In this document: positions 1-7,153 of the stretch, in pieces
Numbering within the stretch: the stretch's first letter is position 1
Layout of the letters: every line of letters begins with the position of its first letter
Assembly: GCA_039714075.1 (NCBI GenBank)
Contig: JBDLKA010000111.1
Location: forward strand, 1 to 11,223
DNA: 11,223 bases
Reading direction: 5' to 3'
Origin: Candidatus Krumholzibacteriota bacterium
GTDB taxonomy: Bacteria; Krumholzibacteriota; Krumholzibacteriia; LZORAL124-64-63
Made by a program: the position numbers and the translations under genes
The notes under the pieces: generated by a model
Seen by the model: the letters and a program-made list of their open reading frames with translations, nothing else
Databases searched by the model: none
Told to the model about the DNA's origin: nothing

Positions 1-1
1 G

Positions 2-154
2 GGCATTGACGCCACCCGCAAGATGCAGGGCGAACAGGGTTACGAGCGCGAGTGGCCGCCCATCGTGGAGATGGACCCGGCGGTCAAGGACGAGGTCGAC
101 CGCAAGTGGGCCGACCTGTTGGGCCGGTTGGGCGGATCGTCAGGAAACCGATGA
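2..154 (+). CDS. ubiD: 3' end (partial) of a UbiD-family prFMN-dependent decarboxylase, probably menaquinone biosynthesis decarboxylase MqnL
   Basis: Not in the ORF track. Frame 2 reads GIDATRKMQGEQGYEREWPPIVEMDPAVKDEVDRKWADLLGRLGGSSGNR*. GIDATxK...R.WP...M...V...W is the typical UbiD C-terminus. The stop TGA (152-154) overlaps the next ATG (ATGA). ubiX and ubiA lie downstream. Confidence 0.88.
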   Translation, partial: GIDATRKMQGEQGYEREWPPIVEMDPAVKDEVDRKWADLLGRLGGSSGNR

Positions 155-915
155 ACGATTTCCAGGACATCCACGGCCGCAAGGCCGGTTCCTGGGCCGT
201 GCGCGACGAGCAGGCCCACGGGCGCGAAGTGCGCTCGATGTTCGCACGCATCAGCGGCGTGTACGACTTCATGAATCACCTGCTGAGTTTCAATCGCGAC
301 AAGGCCTGGCGCGACCACGTGGCCGCGCGACTGGATTCCGACACGTGGGAAGTTCTGGACCTCTGCGCCGGCACGGGCGATCTGGCGCTGGCCTGTAAGC
401 GGGGCGGCAAGGGACGCGCCTGGATCGCGGCTGATTTCTGTCCGGAGATGCTGGAGGGATCGCGGGGCAAGAAGGGCGCCGAGGCGCTGATGCTTTCCGC
501 CGCCGACGCCATGCAGTTGCCCTTCCGCGACCGCAGCGTCGACGCGGTGACGGTGGGCTTCGGAGTGCGCAACTTCGCCGACGTCCGGCGCGGCGTGGCC
601 GAAATCGCCCGCGTGCTGCGTCCCGGCGGCCAGTTCATGGTCCTGGAATTCTACCGCGACGACCGCGAAGCTTCCGGCGAAGCCAGGGGGGTCCCGGGCC
701 TGATCCGGTTCGGCCTGAACACGGTCATCCCGCTGCTGGGCAAGATCGTCGGGCGCGACAGCGCCGCCTACAGCTACCTGCCCAGCAGCATGGGCGAGTT
801 CCTGACACCGACCGAGTTCGCCGAACTTTTGGGAGAATACGGGTTCGCCGAGACCTTTATCGAGCGGCAGACATTCGGCATCGCGCACATCGTGGGGGGA
901 AGGTTGGAAGAATGA
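151..915 (+). CDS. ubiE: UbiE/MenG-family demethylmenaquinone methyltransferase (254 aa)
   Basis: Motifs VRSMFARISGVYDFMNHLLSF, VLDLCAGTGDLA (SAM motif I), DAMQLPF, VGFGVRN, RVLRPGG and AYSYLPSS. Start moved from 52 to the ATG at 151, which overlaps the ubiD stop. Confidence 0.93.
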   Translation: MNDFQDIHGRKAGSWAVRDEQAHGREVRSMFARISGVYDFMNHLLSFNRDKAWRDHVAARLDSDTWEVLDLCAGTGDLALACKRGGKGRAWIAADFCPEMLEGSRGKKGAEALMLSAADAMQLPFRDRSVDAVTVGFGVRNFADVRRGVAEIARVLRPGGQFMVLEFYRDDREASGEARGVPGLIRFGLNTVIPLLGKIVGRDSAAYSYLPSSMGEFLTPTEFAELLGEYGFAETFIERQTFGIAHIVGGRLEE

Positions 916-1523
916 GCGAAAGCGTGGGCAAACCCGCCATCGGCGTGGCCTGGACCGGGGCCAGCGGCCTGGTCTACGGCGTGCGCCTGGTCGATGTGCT
1001 GCTGAACGCGGGCCGGGACGTGAACCTGGTGGTCAGCGCCGCGGTGGAGCAGACCGCTCCGGTGGAAATGAACCATTCGGTCGAGGGCATTGTGGAACGG
1101 TTGCGCACCCTGGGACCGGGGGAGCTACGGGTTTTCGGCCGGACCGAATTCACGTCGCCCCTGGCCAGCGGCTCGGCCACCGGGGGGCCTTTGGTGATCA
1201 TCCCCTGTTCCATGGGAACGGTCGGCCGCATCGTGGCCGGCACCAGCGAGACGCTGCTGTTGCGGGCCGCCGATGTGTGCTTGAAGGAACGCCGCCAGCT
1301 GATCATCGTGCCGCGCGAAACACCGCTGGCCACCCACCACCTGGAAAACCTGGCCAAGCTCAGCTCGTGGGGCGTGCTGGTCATGCCCGCGGCGCCGGGT
1401 TTCTATAACCAGCCGACTTCGCCCGGTGATCTGGTCGATTTCATGGTGCAGCGGGTCTGCGATCATCTGGGGGTCGAAGTCGATCTCGTTCCGCGGTGGG
1501 GCGAAGATTCGCCACCGGACTAA
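912..1523 (+). CDS. ubiX: UbiX-family flavin prenyltransferase (MqnM-like)
   Basis: Motifs TGASGxxYG, SPLASGS, PCSMGT, LLLRAADVCLKERRQLIIVPRETP and PAAPGFYNQP. ATGA overlap with the ubiE stop (912-915). Confidence 0.95.
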   Translation: MSESVGKPAIGVAWTGASGLVYGVRLVDVLLNAGRDVNLVVSAAVEQTAPVEMNHSVEGIVERLRTLGPGELRVFGRTEFTSPLASGSATGGPLVIIPCSMGTVGRIVAGTSETLLLRAADVCLKERRQLIIVPRETPLATHHLENLAKLSSWGVLVMPAAPGFYNQPTSPGDLVDFMVQRVCDHLGVEVDLVPRWGEDSPPD

Positions 1524-1539
1524 GGGAAAGGCTTTGTTG

Positions 1540-2337
1540 ATGGGCAACGTTTCGGACCGCTGGGCCGCCGGCTCGACCTACGAGGATTTCATGGGCCGCT
1601 GGAGCCGGCTGCTCATGCCGGAGTTTCTTGCCTGGCTGAATCTGCCGGCGGGGATCCATTGGCTGGACGTGGGCTGCGGCACCGGGGCGCTCACCGACGC
1701 CGTTTGCCGGCTGGCGGAACCCGCTTCCGTCGTGGGGTGCGATCCGTCGGAGCCGTTTGTCCGGTATGCTCGGGAGAACCAAGGGTCCGGGCCGGCTTCT
1801 TTTGTCGTCGCGGGGGTCGGCTCGCTGCCGACCCGGCCCGGTGGTTTCGGCAGTGTCACCTCGTCGCTCGCCCTCAATTTTTTTCCCGAGCCCGACCTGG
1901 CGGTTGGGGAGATGGTCCGCATCTCGGGAACCGGAGGCACGGTCTCGGCCTGTGTCTGGGATTACGAGGACGGCATGGAGCCTTTGCGTTACTTCTGGGA
2001 TGCGGTCGCGGCTCTGGATCCGAAAGCCGCCGATCTCGATGAAGGCCTGAGGTTTCCCGTTTGCCGGCCCCAGGCTCTGGAAAAACTATTTCGCGACGCC
2101 GGACTTGGCGATGTCAGCTGCGGACCGATTGAAATTGCCACTGAATTCACCGATTTCAACGAGTACTGGCAGCCGTTCCTGGGGGGGACGGGACCGGCCC
2201 CTTCATATGTCGCTTCACTGGAAGAGGAGCGGCGTCTTACCTTGGCTCAAGAGATTGAACGTGCCCTCCCCAGGCGGCCTGACGGCGCCATCACCCTGAC
2301 CGCGCGCGCCTGGGCCGTGCGGGGAGATGCAAGCTGA
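1540..2337 (+). CDS. Class I SAM-dependent methyltransferase of unknown substrate (265 aa)
   Basis: WLDVGCGTG motif I, N-terminal YEDFMGRWS, GCDPS, LALNFFP, GGTVSACVWD. Start moved from 1426 to ATG 1540, which follows a purine-rich GGGAAAGG just after the ubiX stop. Confidence 0.88.
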   Translation: MGNVSDRWAAGSTYEDFMGRWSRLLMPEFLAWLNLPAGIHWLDVGCGTGALTDAVCRLAEPASVVGCDPSEPFVRYARENQGSGPASFVVAGVGSLPTRPGGFGSVTSSLALNFFPEPDLAVGEMVRISGTGGTVSACVWDYEDGMEPLRYFWDAVAALDPKAADLDEGLRFPVCRPQALEKLFRDAGLGDVSCGPIEIATEFTDFNEYWQPFLGGTGPAPSYVASLEEERRLTLAQEIERALPRRPDGAITLTARAWAVRGDAS

Positions 2338-2352
2338 GGAAGGCTGACCCCG

Positions 2353-3207
2353 ATGACCCTGATTTCCCGCTACATGTCGTTGATCAAGTTCGAGCACACG
2401 GTTTTCGCGCTGCCTTTCGCGCTGATTTCGTTGCTGGTCGCCTCGGACGGACGGCCCCCATGGTCGGTTTTGCTGTGGGTCCTGGTGGCGATGGTCGGCG
2501 CCCGCAGCGCCGCGATGGCTTTCAACCGCCTGGTCGACGCGAAGATCGACGCCGCCAATCCCCGCACCGCCGACCGCCACATTCCCGCGGGCGCGGTTTC
2601 GGTGTTCGGGGCGGGCGTGTTCGTGGTTTTGTCGGCCGCGTTGCTGGTGTTTGCAGCCTGGATGTTGAACCCGTTGTGCTTTCGCCTGAGTCCCGTGGCC
2701 CTGGCCGTGGTGCTGGGCTACTCGTACATGAAGCGGGTATCGCCGCTGGCCCACCTTGTTCTGGGACTGGGTTTGGCGATCGCGCCGGTGGGAGCCTGGC
2801 TGGCGGTCACCGGCCAGTTCGCCGCGTTTCCCTTGTGGCTGGCCGCCGCGGTGATGTTCTGGGTGGCCGGTTTCGACACCATCTACGGTTGCCAGGATGT
2901 CGATTTCGACAAGCAGGTCGGGTTGCATTCGCTGGCTTCGCGCCTGGGGGTTGATCGGGCTCTGTTATTGTCGCGGGTGTTCCACGTCCTGTCGGTGGCT
3001 TTCATGGCGGGCGCTTTCCGGCGTGCCGAGCCTTTGGGCCTGGTGTCGCTCTTCGGCGTGCTGATCATGACCGGCCTTCTCGCCTGGGAACAGGTCATCG
3101 TCCGCGGGGGCGACATGCGGCGCATCGACAAGGCGTTTTTCGAGATCAATTCGTGGATCGGGATGGTGCTGTTGGCAGTTGTGGTCGTGGATATATATCT
3201 GGTGTAG
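2353..3207 (+). CDS. ubiA: UbiA-family polyprenyltransferase, MqnP-like (futalosine-pathway type)
   Basis: IKFEHTVFALPFA start, ARSAAMAFNRLVDAKIDAANPRT (first Asp-rich motif), YSYMKR, AGFDTIYGCQDVDFD (second motif), IDKAFFEIN. Multiple hydrophobic segments. Confidence 0.93.
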   Translation: MTLISRYMSLIKFEHTVFALPFALISLLVASDGRPPWSVLLWVLVAMVGARSAAMAFNRLVDAKIDAANPRTADRHIPAGAVSVFGAGVFVVLSAALLVFAAWMLNPLCFRLSPVALAVVLGYSYMKRVSPLAHLVLGLGLAIAPVGAWLAVTGQFAAFPLWLAAAVMFWVAGFDTIYGCQDVDFDKQVGLHSLASRLGVDRALLLSRVFHVLSVAFMAGAFRRAEPLGLVSLFGVLIMTGLLAWEQVIVRGGDMRRIDKAFFEINSWIGMVLLAVVVVDIYLV

Positions 3208-3230
3208 ATGGCCCCCCGGGGGGCCTTTTC
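3206..3230. repeat. Palindromic intergenic repeat, copy 1 (core GGCCCCCCGGGGGGCC at 3210-3225); probably also the terminator of the quinone operon
   Basis: AGATGGCCCCCCGGGGGGCCTTTTC overlaps the ubiA TAG. It has a perfect 16-bp palindrome followed by TTTT. Confidence 0.85.
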
Positions 3231-3273
3231 GATTCGAAAATGGTGTTGGTCCAACAAGTTGGGGATGACGAAC

Positions 3274-4038
3274 ATGAACAACCGAATCCTGACAATGATC
3301 CTGCCCTGCCTGGTGCTGCTCGCTTGGTTGGGGACCGGCTGCCGGTCGGTTGAGGACACTCCGAGCCCGTGGGACGGCGAAGTGCAGGTGCACGGGGCCC
3401 TCCGCGCCATGTTCCACGAAGGGCAGACCGGCGCCATGGTGGCCCTGGATGATCTGCTCCCCAACCCGGATCTGTACGCGGTCGGCGCACTTTCCGATCT
3501 TTCGGGAGAGGTCACCGTGGTCGGCGGCAAGGTGTACCTGTCCTATCCGGAAGCGGCGGATTCGACACGAACCGAGATGACATTGCGGACCGACGCTGCC
3601 GCCACTCTGCTTATCGATTCGGAAGTGCCGTCCTGGCGAGGTATCGTCACTGAACAAGTAATCCGGTTCGAGGATCTCGACGAGGAAATTTCAAGGATCG
3701 CCACCGCGGCAGGGATGAACCTGGACAAGCGGTTTCCATTCCTTTTGGAGGGCAGTTTCGAGGACCTCGAGTGGCATGTGATTGACGGACGTCGGTTGAC
3801 CGATGGGGGATCTTCGCACCAGGACCATTTGGCGGCGGCGGCCAAGGCGGGCGTGGACCGGGCGTCGGCCACCCTGATCGGTTTCTTCTCGAAGAACGAT
3901 CAAGGGGTTTTCACGCACATGGGCTCGAAAACCCACATCCACTGCGTTCTTGAAGAGCCGCTTGCCACCGGACACGTGGATCATGTCACCATCCCGGCCG
4001 GGACGACGATCAAGTTTCCCGTGGTCAAGGACGAGTAA
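3274..4038 (+). CDS. Alpha-acetolactate-decarboxylase-fold protein, putative lipoprotein
   Basis: GAL.DLSGEVTVVGG, LIGFFS, THIH and TGHVD match the ALDC-type GE and HxH...GH metal motifs. The N-terminus has a basic residue, a hydrophobic run and LGTG-C (imperfect lipobox). Start is ATG 3274 (GGGGA upstream) or 3265; the track start at 3208 runs through the repeat. Confidence 0.75.
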   Translation: MNNRILTMILPCLVLLAWLGTGCRSVEDTPSPWDGEVQVHGALRAMFHEGQTGAMVALDDLLPNPDLYAVGALSDLSGEVTVVGGKVYLSYPEAADSTRTEMTLRTDAAATLLIDSEVPSWRGIVTEQVIRFEDLDEEISRIATAAGMNLDKRFPFLLEGSFEDLEWHVIDGRRLTDGGSSHQDHLAAAAKAGVDRASATLIGFFSKNDQGVFTHMGSKTHIHCVLEEPLATGHVDHVTIPAGTTIKFPVVKDE

Positions 4039-4051
4039 TATTCTCGCAAGT

Positions 4052-4076
4052 GAAATGGTCCCCCGGGGGGCCATCT
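4052..4076. repeat. Palindromic intergenic repeat, copy 2 (inverted relative to copy 1)
   Basis: GAAATGGTCCCCCGGGGGGCCATCT matches the reverse complement of 3206-3230 at 23 of 25 positions. Confidence 0.85.
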
Positions 4077-4100
4077 TAATCAGTTAGAAATCCAAAAACC

Positions 4101-4118
4101 ATGAAAACTAGTTATCAT
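4101..4118. promoter_or_regulatory. Candidate operator (18-bp AT-rich imperfect palindrome)
   Basis: ATGAAAACTAGTTATCAT has 8 of 9 symmetric pairs matching and sits at the -35 position of the candidate promoter below. Confidence 0.5.
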
Positions 4119-4120
4119 TT

Positions 4121-4131
4121 TGTGTTATGCT
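4121..4131 (+). promoter_or_regulatory. Candidate sigma70 extended -10 promoter for the large exported protein
   Basis: TGTG-T-TATGCT (TRTGn + TAnnnT) in an AT-rich stretch about 85 nt upstream of the ATG at 4215. Confidence 0.5.
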
Positions 4132-4214
4132 GGGCTGGCTATTCGCACTGGGGGAGCGACTGAGCCGATCCATCCGGAGCCTTCCCCTGTTTGTCTTTTT
4201 GGGGGAGGACCATC

Positions 4215-7046
4215 ATGCCGTCGACCATCCGCATCGCGTTCCTTTTGATCATGACCGCAACCCTGGGCTCCGGCATCTGCACCGGCGCGGCCGCCTTGAC
4301 CCTGGATGATCTGGGCGGGGACGACATCCCCCTGCTGGAGACCCTGCAGGTCTACAACGTGTCACTGGACGTCGCCAGCAACGGCGACATCTACATGGCC
4401 GTGGAGTACCTCCAGGAAACCAGCGTGGCGGGCATCAACGTTTACCGCTCCAAGGACGACGGCACAACCTGGGACCTGTGGGGCCAGCTGTCCACGCCCA
4501 GCGGGCAGAGCGACCAGTACAGGGAATCCTGCATGGATGTCGTCGAAGGCACGGTGAGCAGGTGTTACCTGGCCTACGTCCATGATACGGTCCTGATCCC
4601 TCCTGAGATCATGATGGTCAGCTCGGATCTCTCCGACCCCGTGGCGGATTTCTCCTCGCCGGTCACGGTCATGACCTCGGCGCTCGACTATTATGCTTAT
4701 CCCCGCTTCGATACCGACGTGGACAGCTACAACCAATTCTACATCTACGTCGTGGCCGAGAGGAAGGACGGGACCCGGGACATAGTCTTTTCCCGCAGCA
4801 CCGACCAGGGGGCGACCTTCGAAACCCCCTACGTGATCGGCAACCTCGTTCCGTCCGACCGCGGTTACGAGAAACCCGACGTGAGCTACGGGTTCGGCAA
4901 CTACGTCAACGTGGTCTGGCAGTTCGTCTCGCTGGACGAGAGTTTCGATTCCGCCCTGCGTTACACGTGGGCGGTCAACGCCGCCGGCGCGGGCCTGGCG
5001 GACTGGTCGGGCGTGCACGGGCTGGGGTCCACCAGTGACGCGGTCGAGGACATTTACCCCCGCATCGAGGCCAGTGGAACGGGCAGCGAGGTGGTCATCG
5101 CCCACGAGCGCCGTTCGTCGGTGAAAGAAGCGACCGCTTTGCCGGACCCCGGCGTCTACGTGTCCACCGACAACGGCCAGAACTTTCCTGTCTCCACGAC
5201 CATCGCCGACGGGGTGATCTACCTGGGGGACGTCGTGGAGCAGCCGGGAACCGGCGCCTGGTTCATCGGCGGGACCGTGGATTCCAAGACCGGCATCCAC
5301 CGGGCCAACGTGGCGGATTTGACCTCGTGGTCCGCCCTCGAAACTTTCGTCGATCAGGATTACGGCGCCCACGAGCGATACCTGCCTTCCCTGGCTTTCA
5401 ATCCCGTCCACAGTTACCAGCCGGCCATGGCCTGGACCCATTACGACCACGCGCTTGACGACGTGGCGTACTTCGACGGGGCGTGGCGGGGGGACGAGGG
5501 ATATCCCAATCTCGAGCCCGGGTTCCCGGTGGACCTGCCCCACCAGCCTCGCTCCGCCCCCGCTGTGGTCGACGTCGACGGTGACGGGGACCTGGAGATC
5601 GTGTTCGGCGATACCGGGGGCAACATCCAGATTTACCAGAACGACGGGACCCCCCTGCCGGGCTGGCCGGTGAATGTCGGGGAGCCGCTTTCGGACAGCC
5701 CGGTTGCCGTGGGTGACCTGCAGGGCAACGGCGAAATGTCGATCGTCGCCGGAAGCACCAACGGCCTAGTCTATTGTTACGATCCCCTGGGACAGATGAG
5801 AACCGGCAATTGGCCCTATACCTCTGGGGCCGCTCACCCCGCCTACGTGGCCATCGGAGCCTTTGGCCAAGGACCCTACCCGCGGGGCATCGTGGCCGCT
5901 ATCGGGTACCAAGGGTCCTTCCTGGACCACAAGGGTTGGTCATTTCCGGGCTCCCAGGGCAAGGTGATGGCCAGGTTGGCCACGCATGCTCCGGCTGTGG
6001 GCGACGTGGATGGCGACGGGATTCCCGAAGCCGTCTTCGCCAACGAGGAGACGGTTGTCGCAGCCCATGTTTTTGCTCCCACCGTCGCTTTCGGCACCTA
6101 TATGCCTACCAATCTCTCGGGCTCGGCGACCCTGGGCGACTTCGACCTGGACGGCGACGTGGAAGTGGTGGTGCCCCTGGAGGACGGAACCCTTCACGTA
6201 TTTCAGGGAGACGGCAGCGCCCTACCGGGATTCCCCTTCACCAGCCCAACGGGATACCGGCTCAACACGGCCGCCATCGGGCAGATGCTGGGCAACGCGG
6301 AACCCGAAATCGTCGTCGCGGCCAGGAACTGGACCGTCCACCTGCTCTGGTACGATGGGGTCGAGGGCCTCGGCTTTCCCGTGGATACCACCGGCTGGCT
6401 TAATTACGGATCTCCGATCATTGGCCGGGTCGAGGGTCCTTCGAGTGATGTGATCCTGGGATCCCGGGGTGAACAGGCCTGGGCTTGGGACAATTTTGGC
6501 GGTGTTATTTCCGGCTGGCCGAAAGCTGCCGACCACAGCTTCTACGTGGCGCCGGCCATGGGCGACATCGACCTGGACGGCAGCAGCGAGATCGTCCTGA
6601 TCAGCACGGCCCAACTCCTGGTCGTGGACATCAACAGTTCACCCAACGACGCCAGCCGCACCTGGGGCATGGCCGGTCACGACCCCAGGCGTACGGGTTG
6701 TTCGGACTGCCCCGAGGATCTGGTCACTCCGGTGGAAGACGACCTGGATGCCGTCACCAGGGTGAGTTTCGCCCTGCCGTCGCCGAATCCCAGCAGCGGC
6801 CACGCGACCTTCCGGTTTGCCGTTCCCGGCCCGGCGGTGGTGAATCTCGAGGTCTTCGATGTGCGCGGCCACCGCGTGAGCCTGGTCACCCGTGAAGAGG
6901 TGGACATGGGCCATCACGTTGTGTCCTGGGGAGGCCTCAGTGATCGGGGCGCACCCCTGGCCAGTGGAATATATTTCGCGCGGCTCCGGGTTCAGGGGCC
7001 GGGCATCAACGAGGAACTGACCCGCAAGATTGTTTTGGCGAGATAG
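4215..7046 (+). CDS. Exported multidomain protein (943 aa): signal peptide, Asp-box/BNR propeller, FG-GAP/VCBS-like repeats, C-terminal FlgD-Ig-like domain
   Basis: GGAGG RBS before ATG 4215. Asp boxes YRSKDDGTTW, SRSTDQGATF and VSTDNGQNF. Ca-binding-type repeats DVDGDGDLE, DLQGNGEMS, DVDGDGIPE, DFDLDGDVE and DIDLDGSSE. C-terminus PNP...VFDVRGHRV...WGG...LASGIYFARL...KIVLAR. Confidence 0.9.
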   Translation: MPSTIRIAFLLIMTATLGSGICTGAAALTLDDLGGDDIPLLETLQVYNVSLDVASNGDIYMAVEYLQETSVAGINVYRSKDDGTTWDLWGQLSTPSGQSDQYRESCMDVVEGTVSRCYLAYVHDTVLIPPEIMMVSSDLSDPVADFSSPVTVMTSALDYYAYPRFDTDVDSYNQFYIYVVAERKDGTRDIVFSRSTDQGATFETPYVIGNLVPSDRGYEKPDVSYGFGNYVNVVWQFVSLDESFDSALRYTWAVNAAGAGLADWSGVHGLGSTSDAVEDIYPRIEASGTGSEVVIAHERRSSVKEATALPDPGVYVSTDNGQNFPVSTTIADGVIYLGDVVEQPGTGAWFIGGTVDSKTGIHRANVADLTSWSALETFVDQDYGAHERYLPSLAFNPVHSYQPAMAWTHYDHALDDVAYFDGAWRGDEGYPNLEPGFPVDLPHQPRSAPAVVDVDGDGDLEIVFGDTGGNIQIYQNDGTPLPGWPVNVGEPLSDSPVAVGDLQGNGEMSIVAGSTNGLVYCYDPLGQMRTGNWPYTSGAAHPAYVAIGAFGQGPYPRGIVAAIGYQGSFLDHKGWSFPGSQGKVMARLATHAPAVGDVDGDGIPEAVFANEETVVAAHVFAPTVAFGTYMPTNLSGSATLGDFDLDGDVEVVVPLEDGTLHVFQGDGSALPGFPFTSPTGYRLNTAAIGQMLGNAEPEIVVAARNWTVHLLWYDGVEGLGFPVDTTGWLNYGSPIIGRVEGPSSDVILGSRGEQAWAWDNFGGVISGWPKAADHSFYVAPAMGDIDLDGSSEIVLISTAQLLVVDINSSPNDASRTWGMAGHDPRRTGCSDCPEDLVTPVEDDLDAVTRVSFALPSPNPSSGHATFRFAVPGPAVVNLEVFDVRGHRVSLVTREEVDMGHHVVSWGGLSDRGAPLASGIYFARLRVQGPGINEELTRKIVLAR

Positions 7047-7102
7047 GAATCCTGACCCGGGACCATCCGTGCAAAGCGAGCAGCTTGATCGGGTATTCAA
7101 AG

Positions 7103-7131
7103 AGAAAAGGCCCCCCCGGGGGGCCTTTTCT
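7103..7131. terminator. Palindromic repeat, copy 3, probably acting as a bidirectional intrinsic terminator
   Basis: AGAAAAGG-C7-G6-CCTTTTCT lies between convergent genes (stops at 7046 and 7154), with an A-tract on the left and a T-tract on the right. Confidence 0.85.
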
Positions 7132-7153
7132 GCAATGCTATCGACGGTAGATT

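Noticed and set aside
40..888. 282-aa minus-strand ORF
   Set aside because: Antisense shadow of ubiE/ubiD caused by GC-rich codon bias; no recognisable motifs.
1175..1192. GGCCACCGGGGGGCCTTT inside ubiX, resembling the C6G6 repeat
   Set aside because: It is shorter, imperfect and in frame within coding sequence (ATGGPL). Probably chance in GC-rich DNA.
3206..4090. Integron attC sites or CRISPR array as an explanation for the repeats
   Set aside because: There are no properly paired RYYYAAC/GTTRRRY ends around the palindromes and no integrase. Spacing is 0.8-4 kb and irregular, with no cas genes.
4148..4190. TPP-riboswitch-like start GGGGAGC..CTGAG
   Set aside because: It lacks the CTGAGA continuation and the downstream ACCTGA...GCGnAGG core.
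4362..5543. 393-aa minus-strand ORF
   Set aside because: Antisense shadow of the large exported protein.
7051..7100. c-di-GMP-I riboswitch suggested by GCAAAGC
   Set aside because: It lacks the upstream GGCAAAC...GAAA stem and lies between convergent 3' ends, not in a leader.
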